From an uncultured delta proteobacterium (GTDB taxonomy: Bacteria > Myxococcota_A > UBA9160 > SMWR01), in contig CAWHTE010000011.1 in the NCBI GenBank assembly GCA_963832165.1, positions 672,001 to 736,000 of the forward strand: a DNA stretch of 64,000 nucleotides, read 5' to 3'. Below, piece by piece: positions 37,738 through 48,390 of the stretch. Below the pieces are notes generated by a model that did not search any database, was not told the origin of the DNA, and worked only from the letters and a program-made list of their open reading frames with translations. Positions within the stretch are counted from its first letter, which is position 1. The number at the start of each line of letters is the position of its first letter. Both the position numbers and the translations under genes were made by a program.

Positions 37738-40205
37738 TGGACGGGACGCGCCGATCGCGACCGACGCTGCGAACGTGCCGCGGTGCGGCGCGTATGGTGC
37801 CCGTGCTGGTGGCCTGGCTCGCGGTGCAGGCCGCCGCTCAGGAGCCGACCGACGCGAAGCCCGACGCTGACGAGGCACCCGCCGGGGGTGTCGAGGAAAT
37901 CGTCGTGCGGAGCACTGCCGGTGAAGAATTCGTCTTCGAGGACATGCCGAGCTCCACCACGAGCTTCGACATGGAGGATCTCCGGGCCCAGGGCACCTCC
38001 GACATCCGCGGTCTCGCCGCCTTCACCCCGAATCTCGAGATCAAATCCGTGTTCGCGGCGTCCAATCCGACGCTCTTCATTCGCGGAGTCGGTTTGAAGG
38101 ACTACTTCGCGAACTCTTCGAGCGCGGTCGCGGTCTACAACGACGATCTCTACATGAACTCGCCGACCGGCCAGCTCTTCCAGCTCTTCGACCTCGAAGC
38201 CGTCGAGGTGCTGCGCGGACCACAGGGTACCCTCTACGGGCGCAACGCGTCTGCCGGCGTGATCCGCGCGATCTCGCGCAAGCCCACGGGGCGCAACTAC
38301 AACGCGTTCGTGAGCGGATCGTACGGGTCATACGACCTGATCGAGCTCGAGTCGGCGCTCGAGGTGCCGATCGTCGAGGACACGCTCTCGTTCCGGGGCG
38401 CCTACCGACTCAACAAGCGCGACGGCATCACGAAGAACCGCTGCGCTCAGGGGTATTTCCGCTTCCAGCCGCCCTGCAGCGTGAGCGCGAACCGCCCTTT
38501 TCTCGGCGACGTGGAGGAGGACGTCAACGACGTCGACAACTGGGCCGCGCGCGGGATCTTCCGCTGGACGCCGACGCACGACCTCGACGTCCTGATGATC
38601 GCGGGAGGCGGACTCAACCGCAGCCTCGCGCGGCAGAACCAGAAGATCGGAACGGTCGAGGACGCCTTGGATCGAAAGGTGGCGGGCAATCCCGACAGCG
38701 TGCAGTACCGCGATCCGGACACGTGCACCCCGGGCAAGTGCATCCGCATCTTGCCTGGCTTCCGCACCACGCCCGGAGAGGCGAATCCGCTCGACGGTGA
38801 TCCCTACGAGGGTGACTACGACATCACTCCGGACGAGGACGTGGACGTCGTTCTGTCTACACTCACGGTGAAATACGAGCCCGGCGCCCTGGGCATCACG
38901 AGCGTCACCGGGTACGCGTCGAACGCCCGCGACTCGTTGAACAACTCCGATTCGAGTCCGCGCTTCCAGGTCGAGGCCGACTGGGAGAACGAGGCGTGGC
39001 AGTTCAGCGAAGACCTGCGGGCCACGTGGGACGTGAGCGACGAGCTGCTGCTGACTTCGGGCGCCTACTTTTTGACCGAGGATCTCGACGTCGATAATAC
39101 CTTCGAGTTTCCCAGCTTCTCGGACACCGGCCGCACGACCGTCGAGCAGATCATCGACCAGGAGACGCTCACGTGGTCCGTGTTCGGACACGGGGCGTGG
39201 GAAATCACCGAGGATCTGAGAGCCGAGGGTGGAATCCGCTACAACTGGGACGAGAAGGACTTCACGGCGGACTCGAACCGCCGGTTCGGAACGATCTTCT
39301 TCAAGGGACCGATCGAGTCCCAGGACGAGATCTCCAGCGCATCGTCGGGCGATCTCTCGCTCCACTACGACTTCTACCGGGACTTCTCCATCTACGCGAA
39401 GTACGGCCGCGGCTTCAAGGCGGGTCAGTTCAACGGCTCCGCGGGTCTCGGGAACTTCGAGATCCCCCTGGTCCAGTTCGTCGAGCCGGAGACGGTCAAC
39501 GCGTACGAGGTGGGTCTCAAGACCGATTTCCTGCGCCGGCGCGTCCGCTTCAGCGCAGCCATGTTCTTCTACCGCTACGAAGACCTCCAGGTCTTCGTGC
39601 TCGACAATTCGGTGGCGACGCTCCCGACGCCGAGGCTGGTGAATGCCAACGATGCGCAGGTCTGGGGCGCAGAGGCGGAGCTTCGAGTGCGGCCGTTCCA
39701 CTGGCTCGACATCTACACGAACCTCGGCTACCTCGAGAGCGAGTACCTCGATTTCCGCGATACGGTGAACACGGTCGTCACGATTCCCACGACCGAGCTG
39801 ATCAAGACAGTAGTCGACTACTCCGGCAACCGGCTGATCAATTCTCCGCAGCTCTCGGTCAGCGGCGCCATCACGATCGACATCCCGCTCGGAGGCTGGG
39901 GATCGCTCACCCCGCGCTTTGATTACAGCTTCAAATCGCGGGTGTACTTCGATCCCAACGAGGGTCGGGGGCAGTTCGGCTTCTTCCCGCGCGAGACCCT
40001 CTCCCAGGAACCGCTGCTACTGCTCAACGCGCGCCTCGCCTACCGCACGCCGGACCAAAAGATCGAGGTCGCGGGATTCGTGCGAAACCTCACAGACGAG
40101 GCGTACATCGTCGATGGGTTCGACCTCTCTGCGGGCTTCAACTCGTTGACGTTCGTGATCGGCGATCCGCGGATCATCGGGGTGAACATGAGCTACCGGT
40201 TCTGA
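37737..40205 (+). CDS. TonB-dependent receptor
   Basis: TonB box VEEIVV, plug motifs FIRGVG and VEVLRGPQGTLYGRNASAG, C-terminal PRIIGVNMSYRF; start is GTG 37737 or ATG 37794. Confidence 0.93.
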   Translation: MDGTRRSRPTLRTCRGAARMVPVLVAWLAVQAAAQEPTDAKPDADEAPAGGVEEIVVRSTAGEEFVFEDMPSSTTSFDMEDLRAQGTSDIRGLAAFTPNLEIKSVFAASNPTLFIRGVGLKDYFANSSSAVAVYNDDLYMNSPTGQLFQLFDLEAVEVLRGPQGTLYGRNASAGVIRAISRKPTGRNYNAFVSGSYGSYDLIELESALEVPIVEDTLSFRGAYRLNKRDGITKNRCAQGYFRFQPPCSVSANRPFLGDVEEDVNDVDNWAARGIFRWTPTHDLDVLMIAGGGLNRSLARQNQKIGTVEDALDRKVAGNPDSVQYRDPDTCTPGKCIRILPGFRTTPGEANPLDGDPYEGDYDITPDEDVDVVLSTLTVKYEPGALGITSVTGYASNARDSLNNSDSSPRFQVEADWENEAWQFSEDLRATWDVSDELLLTSGAYFLTEDLDVDNTFEFPSFSDTGRTTVEQIIDQETLTWSVFGHGAWEITEDLRAEGGIRYNWDEKDFTADSNRRFGTIFFKGPIESQDEISSASSGDLSLHYDFYRDFSIYAKYGRGFKAGQFNGSAGLGNFEIPLVQFVEPETVNAYEVGLKTDFLRRRVRFSAAMFFYRYEDLQVFVLDNSVATLPTPRLVNANDAQVWGAEAELRVRPFHWLDIYTNLGYLESEYLDFRDTVNTVVTIPTTELIKTVVDYSGNRLINSPQLSVSGAITIDIPLGGWGSLTPRFDYSFKSRVYFDPNEGRGQFGFFPRETLSQEPLLLLNARLAYRTPDQKIEVAGFVRNLTDEAYIVDGFDLSAGFNSLTFVIGDPRIIGVNMSYRF

Positions 40206-40222
40206 GCGAGATCCGGGACGAG

Positions 40223-42622
40223 GTGTACGTGAACGGCCGAGCAGCGACGAGCAGACGGATCCTCCGCCGGGCCGGACTCGCGGCGGCCGTTTCGCTCACC
40301 GCCGCGCTCGCGTGCGGCGGCGACGACGTCCAGCGATTGCGAGATCTGCAGAGTCAGGGCAACTACGTGGAGACGCTGGCACCGCTGCGCGAGCAGCTCG
40401 CGCAGCAGCCGGCGGACCCGGACCTGAACCTCCTCTACGGGCGAGCGCTCCTGATGACGGGCCAGGCCGGCGGCGCGGTCTGGCCGCTCGGCCGCGCGAG
40501 CGAGGATCCGGCGTATGCGATCGAGGCAGGACTGCTGCTGGGTATGGCGTTGCTGCAGGGCGGGAGCGCCACGGACGCGATCGCCGCCGCCGACCGGGTC
40601 CTGAAGATCGATCCGGAGAACCTCGACGCGCTCCTATTGCACGCGCGCGCGCGCGTGGACGCCGTCCACAACGACCAGGCGATCGAGGAGATCGACGCGC
40701 TGATCGAGCGCAATCCCGACGACCCGCAACTGCGCGCGCTCCGCATCATTCCGCTGATCCGGACGCGCCGCCTCGACGAGGCGGGCCAGGCACTGGCCGA
40801 TCTGCGCAAGATGCTGGGTGACACCGACCTCCGCGACCCGATCACCGAGGCGTACTTCTGTGCCGCGGAGGCGACTTTCGTCCACGAGCGCGGCGATCTC
40901 GACGAGGCCGCCGCGCAATGGAAGAAGTGCGTCGAACAGCACGATGGCGACGCTACCGTGACACGCGGTGCGATCAAGTTCTACCATGAGACCGGCAAGA
41001 AAGACGATGCGCGCGCACTGCTGGAGAAAGGCCTGCAGCACAATCCGCGCGACATCGAGTTGCGTCTGGCGCTGGCAGAGATGCTGCGATCCGGGGGCGA
41101 CGCCAAGGCGGCCGACGAGCTCATGGAGGCCGCGGCGCGCGAGTTCCCGTCGGTCGACCAATGGAGCGCACTGGCCGACTACCACGTAGCGGGCGGCGAC
41201 TATCGACGTGCGCGCACGGCGATCGAGCGCGCGATCGAGATGATGCCGAGCGTGCCCGAGGAGCTTCGTTTCGCCTACGCCGACATCCTCGTCTCCGCGG
41301 GAGATCCCGACGAGGCCGAGAAGGTCGCCCAGAGCCTCGAGGTTCCCGTGAGACGCGATCTCCTGCGCGGCAGGGTCCAGCTCGCACGAGGGGACGCGGC
41401 GGGTGCGTTCGGGAGCTTCGAGAAAGGTCTGACGTTGTGGCCCAACAACGCCGCGGCCCGTTATTGGGCGGCGCAGGCAGCGGTTGCGCTCGGCCGGTTC
41501 GTCGACGCGGTCTCGCAGTACCGCGAGGCGATCCGGGCGAATCCGACCGGCACCGATGCGGCGATCGAGCTCGCGGAGCTGCAGGAAGCGCTGGGGTCGC
41601 CCGAGCTCGGAATCGAGCCGCTGCGGCTCTACCTCGCAGAGCGGCCAAACGACGTCGAGGCCTGGCGGCTTTCCACGCGGCTGCTGTTCGAGAGCGGCGA
41701 CACGTTCACGGGCCGGCGCTCGCTCGCACGGCTGCGATCGATCGATCCGCGCGCGGCGGCGGCGACGGCAGCCGGGATCCGACGCCGGTCGTCGGGAGCG
41801 CAGGCGGCCGCCGAATCTCTCGAAGCGAGCGACCTCGACCTCACCGCGCCCGAGAACGCCGAGCTGCTCCGCGCGCTCGTCGAGGCTCGGATCGAGACCG
41901 GTGCGCCCGCGCGCGCGATCGAGCGCGTCGACGCGGCGATCGCGGTGCACGGGGAGGTCCCCGAGTTCCACGCGCTGCGTGGACGGGTCCTCTCGGCGCT
42001 CGGTGATGCAGTGCAGGCGCGGGCGGCGTTCGAGCGCGCGCTCTCACTCGACGCTCGCCACGTCGCCTCGCTCGTAGGCCTGGGTCGGCTCGCGGAGCGC
42101 AGCGGCGACGCGGCGGCGGCACTTCAATGGTACGACCGTGCGCGCGCGGCCGATCCCGTGGTGGCGGAGCCCGCATTGGCAGCCGCCGAGCTCGTCGCGG
42201 CTCGCGGCGAGCGCGCCGTCGCGATCGAACGCTTCGAGGGTGTGTTGCGCGTGGAGCCGCTCCACGCGGGCGCTGCGGGCCGCCTCGCCGAGCTGCTCGA
42301 GCAGTCGGGCGATCTCGACCGCGCACGCGACTTGGCGCAACGTGCGGTGGCGCTCCAGGGCGGAAGCGAGGTACGCGAGCAGCTCGGACGCCTGCAAGTC
42401 GCGAAGGGCGATGTGCAGTCGGCCGTGGCGATCCTCCGCCAGGCGGTCGACCGGGATCCGGAGCGCGCGTCGCTCCATTACTGGCTCGGACGCGCGTTGA
42501 GCCTCGCCGGCGACGATGCGGCGGCGCGCGTCGCATATGGCGAGGCACTCGCACGCGGCGACTCCAAGGAGGACGAGCGTGTGCGGGCCGAGCTGGCTGG
42601 TCTGGGCGAGGACGCTCGGTGA
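40223..42622 (+). CDS. Large TPR-repeat lipoprotein
   Basis: Lipobox ALAC; many TPR-like repeats (A...DP.N..A, LGRAL). Confidence 0.88.
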   Translation: MYVNGRAATSRRILRRAGLAAAVSLTAALACGGDDVQRLRDLQSQGNYVETLAPLREQLAQQPADPDLNLLYGRALLMTGQAGGAVWPLGRASEDPAYAIEAGLLLGMALLQGGSATDAIAAADRVLKIDPENLDALLLHARARVDAVHNDQAIEEIDALIERNPDDPQLRALRIIPLIRTRRLDEAGQALADLRKMLGDTDLRDPITEAYFCAAEATFVHERGDLDEAAAQWKKCVEQHDGDATVTRGAIKFYHETGKKDDARALLEKGLQHNPRDIELRLALAEMLRSGGDAKAADELMEAAAREFPSVDQWSALADYHVAGGDYRRARTAIERAIEMMPSVPEELRFAYADILVSAGDPDEAEKVAQSLEVPVRRDLLRGRVQLARGDAAGAFGSFEKGLTLWPNNAAARYWAAQAAVALGRFVDAVSQYREAIRANPTGTDAAIELAELQEALGSPELGIEPLRLYLAERPNDVEAWRLSTRLLFESGDTFTGRRSLARLRSIDPRAAAATAAGIRRRSSGAQAAAESLEASDLDLTAPENAELLRALVEARIETGAPARAIERVDAAIAVHGEVPEFHALRGRVLSALGDAVQARAAFERALSLDARHVASLVGLGRLAERSGDAAAALQWYDRARAADPVVAEPALAAAELVAARGERAVAIERFEGVLRVEPLHAGAAGRLAELLEQSGDLDRARDLAQRAVALQGGSEVREQLGRLQVAKGDVQSAVAILRQAVDRDPERASLHYWLGRALSLAGDDAAARVAYGEALARGDSKEDERVRAELAGLGEDAR

Positions 42623-43530
42623 TCGCGCGCCAAACGAGTCTCTCGCACGTCGCTGTGGCCGCCGCAGTGGTCTCTGCAGCGCTCGGTGCGCGTGCTGCCG
42701 CGCTCGAAGGCGCCGCGGACATCCAGCATCGCTGGCTTCCCTCGCTCGCTCTCGGATTCGACGTGCAGGTGGAGTCGACACCGAGTGCCACCGCGTCGAG
42801 CTCGCTTCGCGACACGGTCACCGACGATCGGGAGTTTCTCACCGCGGTTCCGGTACTTGAGGGCGAGCTCACCACCCCGGAGCTCGGCTTCCTGCCGGGC
42901 CGCCCTCGCGCATTCGCGGTCGCCGATTGGCACTATGGATGGCTCGTGGTCGACGAAGATCGGCCCGTCGTGGTGGAGGGCACCATCGGAGAGCCGGTGC
43001 TGATTCCGCCCCGGTGCCAGCCCGGCAATCCGACCCGTTGTCTCGAGGAGGACCTCGACCTCGTGGAGGGAATGGGCAGCCGCGTGGATGCGAGCATCGA
43101 GAACGGATGGAGTGCGGGCATCGGTGTCGCCTTCACGGTTCCCGTGGGAGACCTCTTCACGATCTCCGTGAAGCCGGCGTTCCTCTACCACCGCGAAGAG
43201 GTGGAGCTGCGCGGCGAGGTCAAGGATCCCTTCCTGATCATCGGATCGTCGCCCCCGAACGACAACACGGTCGGCTTCGTGCAGATCGCCGGAAAAAAGA
43301 CCGAGGAGTTCGGCGCGCTCGGCGGGCGGCTCGCGCTCGAGTACGAGGTAGGACGCCGGGGTCCAGTCGACCTGGTCCTCTATCTACAGGGGCAGCTCTT
43401 CTGGTGGCTCGATCCCGAAACGAGCTTCGATGCGGCGTCGGGAAGCGATACCGCGCACTTCGAATACGAGCGCGACGGCTTCATCGGCGCCGGTGGGATG
43501 GGGATCCGGGTGAGATGGCGTGGGCTATGA
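42619..43530 (+). CDS. Secreted hypothetical protein, probable outer-membrane beta-barrel
   Basis: GTGA overlap; signal peptide; alternating amphipathic strands; ends GMGIRVRWRGL. Confidence 0.7.
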   Translation: MIARQTSLSHVAVAAAVVSAALGARAAALEGAADIQHRWLPSLALGFDVQVESTPSATASSSLRDTVTDDREFLTAVPVLEGELTTPELGFLPGRPRAFAVADWHYGWLVVDEDRPVVVEGTIGEPVLIPPRCQPGNPTRCLEEDLDLVEGMGSRVDASIENGWSAGIGVAFTVPVGDLFTISVKPAFLYHREEVELRGEVKDPFLIIGSSPPNDNTVGFVQIAGKKTEEFGALGGRLALEYEVGRRGPVDLVLYLQGQLFWWLDPETSFDAASGSDTAHFEYERDGFIGAGGMGIRVRWRGL

Positions 43531-43600
43531 GAAGCGCCGCGTACGACCCGAGGCCGGCGCCGCCCGCGGTGCGGGGCTGGTTCCCGGCGTCCGAGGTGGG

Positions 43601-45001
43601 ATGATGTTTCGCCGGCCCTTGAGCATCTGGGTCTACGGCGCAACCGGCGCCGCGATGCTGATCGCCTTCCTGTTCGCTTCCATCCAGAAGGTGGGCGGCG
43701 ACGGGCGTCCGCTCGGTGCTCCCGCGGACATCGGCGCGCTGCGCAACCGCAAGGACGTGAACGTACTGTTCGTGTTGATCGATACGCTGCGCGCGCATCG
43801 GCTCGGCGCCTATGGCTATCAGCGGGATACGAGCCCCACGCTGGACTATCTGGCGCGGACCGGCGTCCGATTCGCCAACCACGTGAGCCAGTCGTCGTGG
43901 ACGAAGTCTTCGATGGCATCGCTGTGGACCGGGCTCTATCCCCAGCGCACGCACGTGCTGCGCTACTCCGATGCATTGTCGCCCGACGCACGCGTGCCCG
44001 CGGAGATCCTCCGCGACGCGGGCTACCGGACGATGGCGATCTGGCGCAACGGGTGGGTGGCGCCGAACTTTGGCTTCGACCAGGGCTTCGAGACCTACCA
44101 CAACCCCACGGCAACCCCCGTTCCCAAGAACGTGATGCGCGAGAATCCCTCGTACGTCATGGCGGGCACCGACTACGACGTGATCGTGTCGGCACTCGAG
44201 TTCTTCCGGAGCTACGCCGACCGGCCGTGGTTCCTCTATCTCCATCTGATGAACGTCCACCAGTACGTTTACGACCGCGAGTCGGCGCTGTTCGGCACCA
44301 GCTATTCCGACATCTACGACAATTCGATCCGCCACACTGACGGTCAGATCCAGACGCTGATCGCGGGCCTGCGCGACAATGGGCTTGCCGACCGCACGCT
44401 GATCGTGGTGGCGGCCGATCACGGCGAGGCGTTCGGAGAGCACAAGCAGGAAGGACACGGGCGGGACCTGTACGGCGAGGTCACGGAGACGCCCCTGATC
44501 CTTAGCTTCCCGTTCCGGCTCGAGCGGGGCGTAGTGGTCGACATCCCGACCGAGAACGTGGACATCTGGCCGACCGTCCTCGATCTGCTCGGTCTGCCCG
44601 GGCTGGACGACCCGGATGGCCGTCCACGCGTCGCCGAGATCGAGCGCGCGGCGCGCGGCGATGCCCCGGTGGACGGTTCGTCGCCGCGCTTCGCCCACCT
44701 CGATCGCTCCTGGGGCCGCACCGACGAGGCACCGCTCCCGCTCGTGGCCGTGACCGAGGACCGACACCGGCTCGTGTATTCCCCGAAGGACGGGAAGACC
44801 GAGCTCTACGACCTCGCACTCGATCCCGGTGAGCAGCAGGACGTCGCGAGCGCACAGCCCGAGGTGGCGGCGAAGCTCCGCACCAGCGTCGACGACTACC
44901 TCGCGGACGGCCGATCGCCGTGGGGAGGTGGGGCGCCCCAGGTCGAGCTCGAGGAGATGCTGCTGCGACAGCTCCGCGCGCTCGGTTACGACGTGAAGTA
45001 G
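43601..45001 (+). CDS. Membrane-anchored sulfatase-like hydrolase/transferase (alkaline phosphatase superfamily)
   Basis: N-terminal TM, IDTLRA, SSWTKSSMASLWTG, ADHGE, ELYDLALDPGE, QLRALGY. Confidence 0.88.
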   Translation: MMFRRPLSIWVYGATGAAMLIAFLFASIQKVGGDGRPLGAPADIGALRNRKDVNVLFVLIDTLRAHRLGAYGYQRDTSPTLDYLARTGVRFANHVSQSSWTKSSMASLWTGLYPQRTHVLRYSDALSPDARVPAEILRDAGYRTMAIWRNGWVAPNFGFDQGFETYHNPTATPVPKNVMRENPSYVMAGTDYDVIVSALEFFRSYADRPWFLYLHLMNVHQYVYDRESALFGTSYSDIYDNSIRHTDGQIQTLIAGLRDNGLADRTLIVVAADHGEAFGEHKQEGHGRDLYGEVTETPLILSFPFRLERGVVVDIPTENVDIWPTVLDLLGLPGLDDPDGRPRVAEIERAARGDAPVDGSSPRFAHLDRSWGRTDEAPLPLVAVTEDRHRLVYSPKDGKTELYDLALDPGEQQDVASAQPEVAAKLRTSVDDYLADGRSPWGGGAPQVELEEMLLRQLRALGYDVK

Positions 45002-45019
45002 GCGGGGCCTCCGAGCGGC

Positions 45020-46738
45020 GTGGGCAGCGAGCGACGCGCGCAGGATCTGGTGATCTCGGCGGCGCTGATCGGGGTTGTCGCAGCCGTCTACGCGCCGGTT
45101 CGAACCTTCGGCTTCGTGAGCTTCGACGATCCCGGCTACGTGATCGAGAACGCGCGGGTGCTCTCGGGCGCTTCGCTCGAGAACGTGCGCTGGGCATTCA
45201 CGACCTTCCATTTCGCGAACTGGCATCCGCTGACCTGGCTCTCGTACTTCGCGGACGTAGCGGTGTTCGGCCCCGACCCAGGGGCCATGCACCTCGTCAA
45301 CGTTGCGCTCCATGCCGCGAACGCGGTGCTCGTGTTCGCGCTCCTGCACTTGCTCACGGGGCAGCGTTGGCCGAGCGCCTGCGTGGCGGCGCTGTTCGCG
45401 GTCCACCCGCTGCACGTGGAATCGGTGGCGTGGATCTCCCAGCGCAAAGACGTCTTGAGCGCCTTCTTCGGGTTGTGTTCGCTGCTGGCGTACGCGCGCT
45501 ACGCGCGAGGCGGCGGCGCGATCGCGTGGGGGGCGAGCGCTGGCGCGCTCGCACTCGGGCTAATGGCGAAGCCGATGCTCGTGACGCTGCCCCTGCTGAT
45601 GCTCGTGCTGGATGCCTGGCCGCTCGGCCGGTGGTCTCCGCTCGCGTCCGGAGGCGCACGCGCGCTCGGACGACTGCTGCGCGAGAAAATTCCCTTCCTG
45701 CTGATCGCGGCTGCCTCGTCGGCGCTCACGCTCGTCGCGCAGGCACGGAGCCACGCGATCGCGGGAATCGAGCACGTGTCGTTCGACGCGCGCATCGCCA
45801 ATGCCGGAATCGCCTACGCGGCGTACCTCTCCAAGCTCTTCTGGCCCGCAGCGTTGGCTCCACTCTATCCGCACCCGGGCGACGCCGTGCCACGCGCGCT
45901 CGGCTTCGCCGCATGGGCCGCGATCGCCGCGCTCACGCTGCTGGCGTTCTTTGCCGGACGCCGTCGCCCCGCGATCGCCGTGGGCTGGACCTGGTTCCTC
46001 GTGGCGCTCGTGCCCGTGATCGGCCTGGTGCAGGTGGGCGATCAGGCCTACGCCGATCGCTACGTCTATCTGCCCGCGCTCGGGATCTACATCGCGCTCG
46101 CGTGGAGCCTGTGCGGTTCGGCTTCGGGCTCCGCAGCGCGTCGAGCCGCGGCTGCCGCCGCGACGGCTGCTGTGCTCGCGCTCGCCAGTGTCGCGTCCGT
46201 GCAGGTCGGCCACTGGCGCGACAGCCTGACTCTCTTCGAGCACACGCTTCGCGTCACCTCGAACAACACCGTCGCGCATACCCACTACGCCAATGCGCTG
46301 TTCGGCGCAGGGCGGGCCAGCGACGCGGTCGACCACTACCGGGCCGCCGATACGATCCATCCTGGACTCGCGTGGAACCACGTCGGGCTCGGGAATGCGT
46401 GGCTACAGATGCAGCAATTCGCCGAGGCGCGTGCCGCCTTCAGCAGCGCGCTGGCCGCGGATCCGACCTCGGTCGCGGCGCACGTCGGACTCGGAAACAC
46501 TCAGCTCGCCGAGCGCGATGCGCCGGCCGCGCTCGAGTCGTTCCGCCGCGCGCTCGAGCTCGCGCCCGACTCGGCGGAGGCACATAACAGCGTCGGCGTG
46601 GCACTCGCGACGATGGGCGATCTGGAGGGCGCGCTCGGCCACTTCGAGGCCGCGCTGCGGCTGCGGCCCTACTACGCGCAGGCCGCGGCGAACCTCGCCC
46701 GGGCCAAGCAGGCTCTGGCCGCGGGGAGCGCCAACTAA
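45020..46738 (+). CDS. TMTC-like GT-C glycosyltransferase with C-terminal TPR repeats
   Basis: FVSFDD, NWHPLTWLS, LFAVHPLHVESVAWISQRKD, ADRYVYLP, WRDSLTLF, then TPRs. Confidence 0.85.
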   Translation: MGSERRAQDLVISAALIGVVAAVYAPVRTFGFVSFDDPGYVIENARVLSGASLENVRWAFTTFHFANWHPLTWLSYFADVAVFGPDPGAMHLVNVALHAANAVLVFALLHLLTGQRWPSACVAALFAVHPLHVESVAWISQRKDVLSAFFGLCSLLAYARYARGGGAIAWGASAGALALGLMAKPMLVTLPLLMLVLDAWPLGRWSPLASGGARALGRLLREKIPFLLIAAASSALTLVAQARSHAIAGIEHVSFDARIANAGIAYAAYLSKLFWPAALAPLYPHPGDAVPRALGFAAWAAIAALTLLAFFAGRRRPAIAVGWTWFLVALVPVIGLVQVGDQAYADRYVYLPALGIYIALAWSLCGSASGSAARRAAAAAATAAVLALASVASVQVGHWRDSLTLFEHTLRVTSNNTVAHTHYANALFGAGRASDAVDHYRAADTIHPGLAWNHVGLGNAWLQMQQFAEARAAFSSALAADPTSVAAHVGLGNTQLAERDAPAALESFRRALELAPDSAEAHNSVGVALATMGDLEGALGHFEAALRLRPYYAQAAANLARAKQALAAGSAN

Positions 46739-48390
46739 CCTCCCTCGAAGCCGATCTCCTCGATCAGCAGGCCCGAGAGGCCGTGTGTGTCGGCGGTCGT
46801 CGGCGACGCATTCAGCTCGATCACGACGTAGCCGCGCAACGACGGTGCGACCGGGTGCGGGAGGCGAATCTCGAAGGGCCCCGGCGCGTCGAGCGATACC
46901 GTGCCCTTGTCGCCGCCGACGAGCCGTACGACGACCTGTACCGGCAACCGAGGCACGACGCCGAGCCGGCCTCGTACGACGAGATCCGCCCGCCGCGCGG
47001 GAAGGACCAGCTGAGCGCTCGATCCCGTCATCCAGCCGCTTCCCCCGGAGTCGTGCGACCGATACTCGAGCCAGCCTCCGACGCCGAGCACGAGGAACGG
47101 CTCGTAGCGGCCGCTGGCGAAATCGAGCTTTGCGGGCGCCTGTTCGGCGGGAGGCAACAGCGACACGGGTTCCGTGCTCTGCGGAGCCCCGGAGGTCGCG
47201 CCGTTCGCGAACCAGTCGACGATCTCGCGCGCGGCCACGTCGTGTGCGCGCGCGTCGAGATGGCCGTCGCGCAGGTAGATCGACGCCGCCCGCTCGGCGG
47301 TCGCCGCCCGGAATGGATCGAGCAGGATCCGGGCGTCGATGCGCTCGCGGCGAAAGAACTCGGCGAGTGTCCGCTCGGGCTCGTTCCAGTCCAGCTGTCC
47401 GTCGAGCGAACGCGCGCCTGCCTGGCGCACCAGCATGTCGGTATGCATCGCGGTGGCGTCGCGGTGCACCTGCACGAAGCGTGGAATCACGATCACGAGC
47501 AGCTTTGCGTTGATCGCGGCGCACTCGTCGCGCACCGCGCGCAGCAGGCGGAAGGTCGTCTCCCAGGCCGATCGCCACGCGGGATCGCGCGGCTCACGGC
47601 GATGGATCTCGAGCTCCTCGGTCGGAGCGAGGCCTGCGCGCAGGCGCTGCGACAGGGTCGCCGGCTCGCGCCAGGGATCGAGCCATTCGATCCCGTAGCG
47701 TCGTCCCAGGCCGAGCGCGCCCCGCTCGAGCAGGGCGAACGTGCGGAGGTGACGGCGCAGCAAGGCGCGCCCGGGGTGCACCCACGTGAGGACGAACTCG
47801 TCGCCGCGTGCTACGAGGTAGGGGCGGATGTAGTCGCCCGGGCTTCCGGTGGTGCGGCCGGCGAGCTCGATCGCGTTGTTGGCCACGTCGTTCGCGGGAT
47901 ACAGCGACAACACTACGACTTCGGGCCGGATGCGCGCCGCAGCGCGGCGCAACAGCAAAAGCTCCTGCGCGGTGCCGTAGTCCGTCGACGAGAGGTTGTA
48001 CACCTCGGCGGCGCGGCCGAGATCCGAGAGCGCGCGCTCGGTCCGCGACGTGAGTAGGTTCTCCTCGCGCAGCGCCAGTCCGACGAGGAAGGAGTCGCCG
48101 ATGAAAGCGATGCGCGTCGCGCCGAAGGTCTGCGCGTCGGGTTGCGGCAGCTCGCGCCCGCGGAAGCCCTCCGACGATAGACGGATTTCGAACGGCCCCG
48201 CCTCGTCGGCGTAGTCGATCGCGAGACCCGGGATCTGGCGTAGTCCCAGCTCGGGATGGAACTCGAGGTGGTTCAGCGCGTGGTAGCGCGGCGGATCCGT
48301 CGCGAGCCGGGCGCCCGACTCGACGAGTCCGAAGCCGAGCGCGACGGACGCGATGCCGAGGGCGGCGCTGCCGATCCGTGCGCGAGTCAA
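46735..48390 (-). CDS. Membrane-anchored SGNH/GDSL hydrolase-fold protein
   Basis: N-terminal TM, GFRG, IGDSF, YGTAQEL, PAND, DGHL (DxH). Confidence 0.82.
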   Translation of the reverse strand: MTRARIGSAALGIASVALGFGLVESGARLATDPPRYHALNHLEFHPELGLRQIPGLAIDYADEAGPFEIRLSSEGFRGRELPQPDAQTFGATRIAFIGDSFLVGLALREENLLTSRTERALSDLGRAAEVYNLSSTDYGTAQELLLLRRAAARIRPEVVVLSLYPANDVANNAIELAGRTTGSPGDYIRPYLVARGDEFVLTWVHPGRALLRRHLRTFALLERGALGLGRRYGIEWLDPWREPATLSQRLRAGLAPTEELEIHRREPRDPAWRSAWETTFRLLRAVRDECAAINAKLLVIVIPRFVQVHRDATAMHTDMLVRQAGARSLDGQLDWNEPERTLAEFFRRERIDARILLDPFRAATAERAASIYLRDGHLDARAHDVAAREIVDWFANGATSGAPQSTEPVSLLPPAEQAPAKLDFASGRYEPFLVLGVGGWLEYRSHDSGGSGWMTGSSAQLVLPARRADLVVRGRLGVVPRLPVQVVVRLVGGDKGTVSLDAPGPFEIRLPHPVAPSLRGYVVIELNASPTTADTHGLSGLLIEEIGFEGG

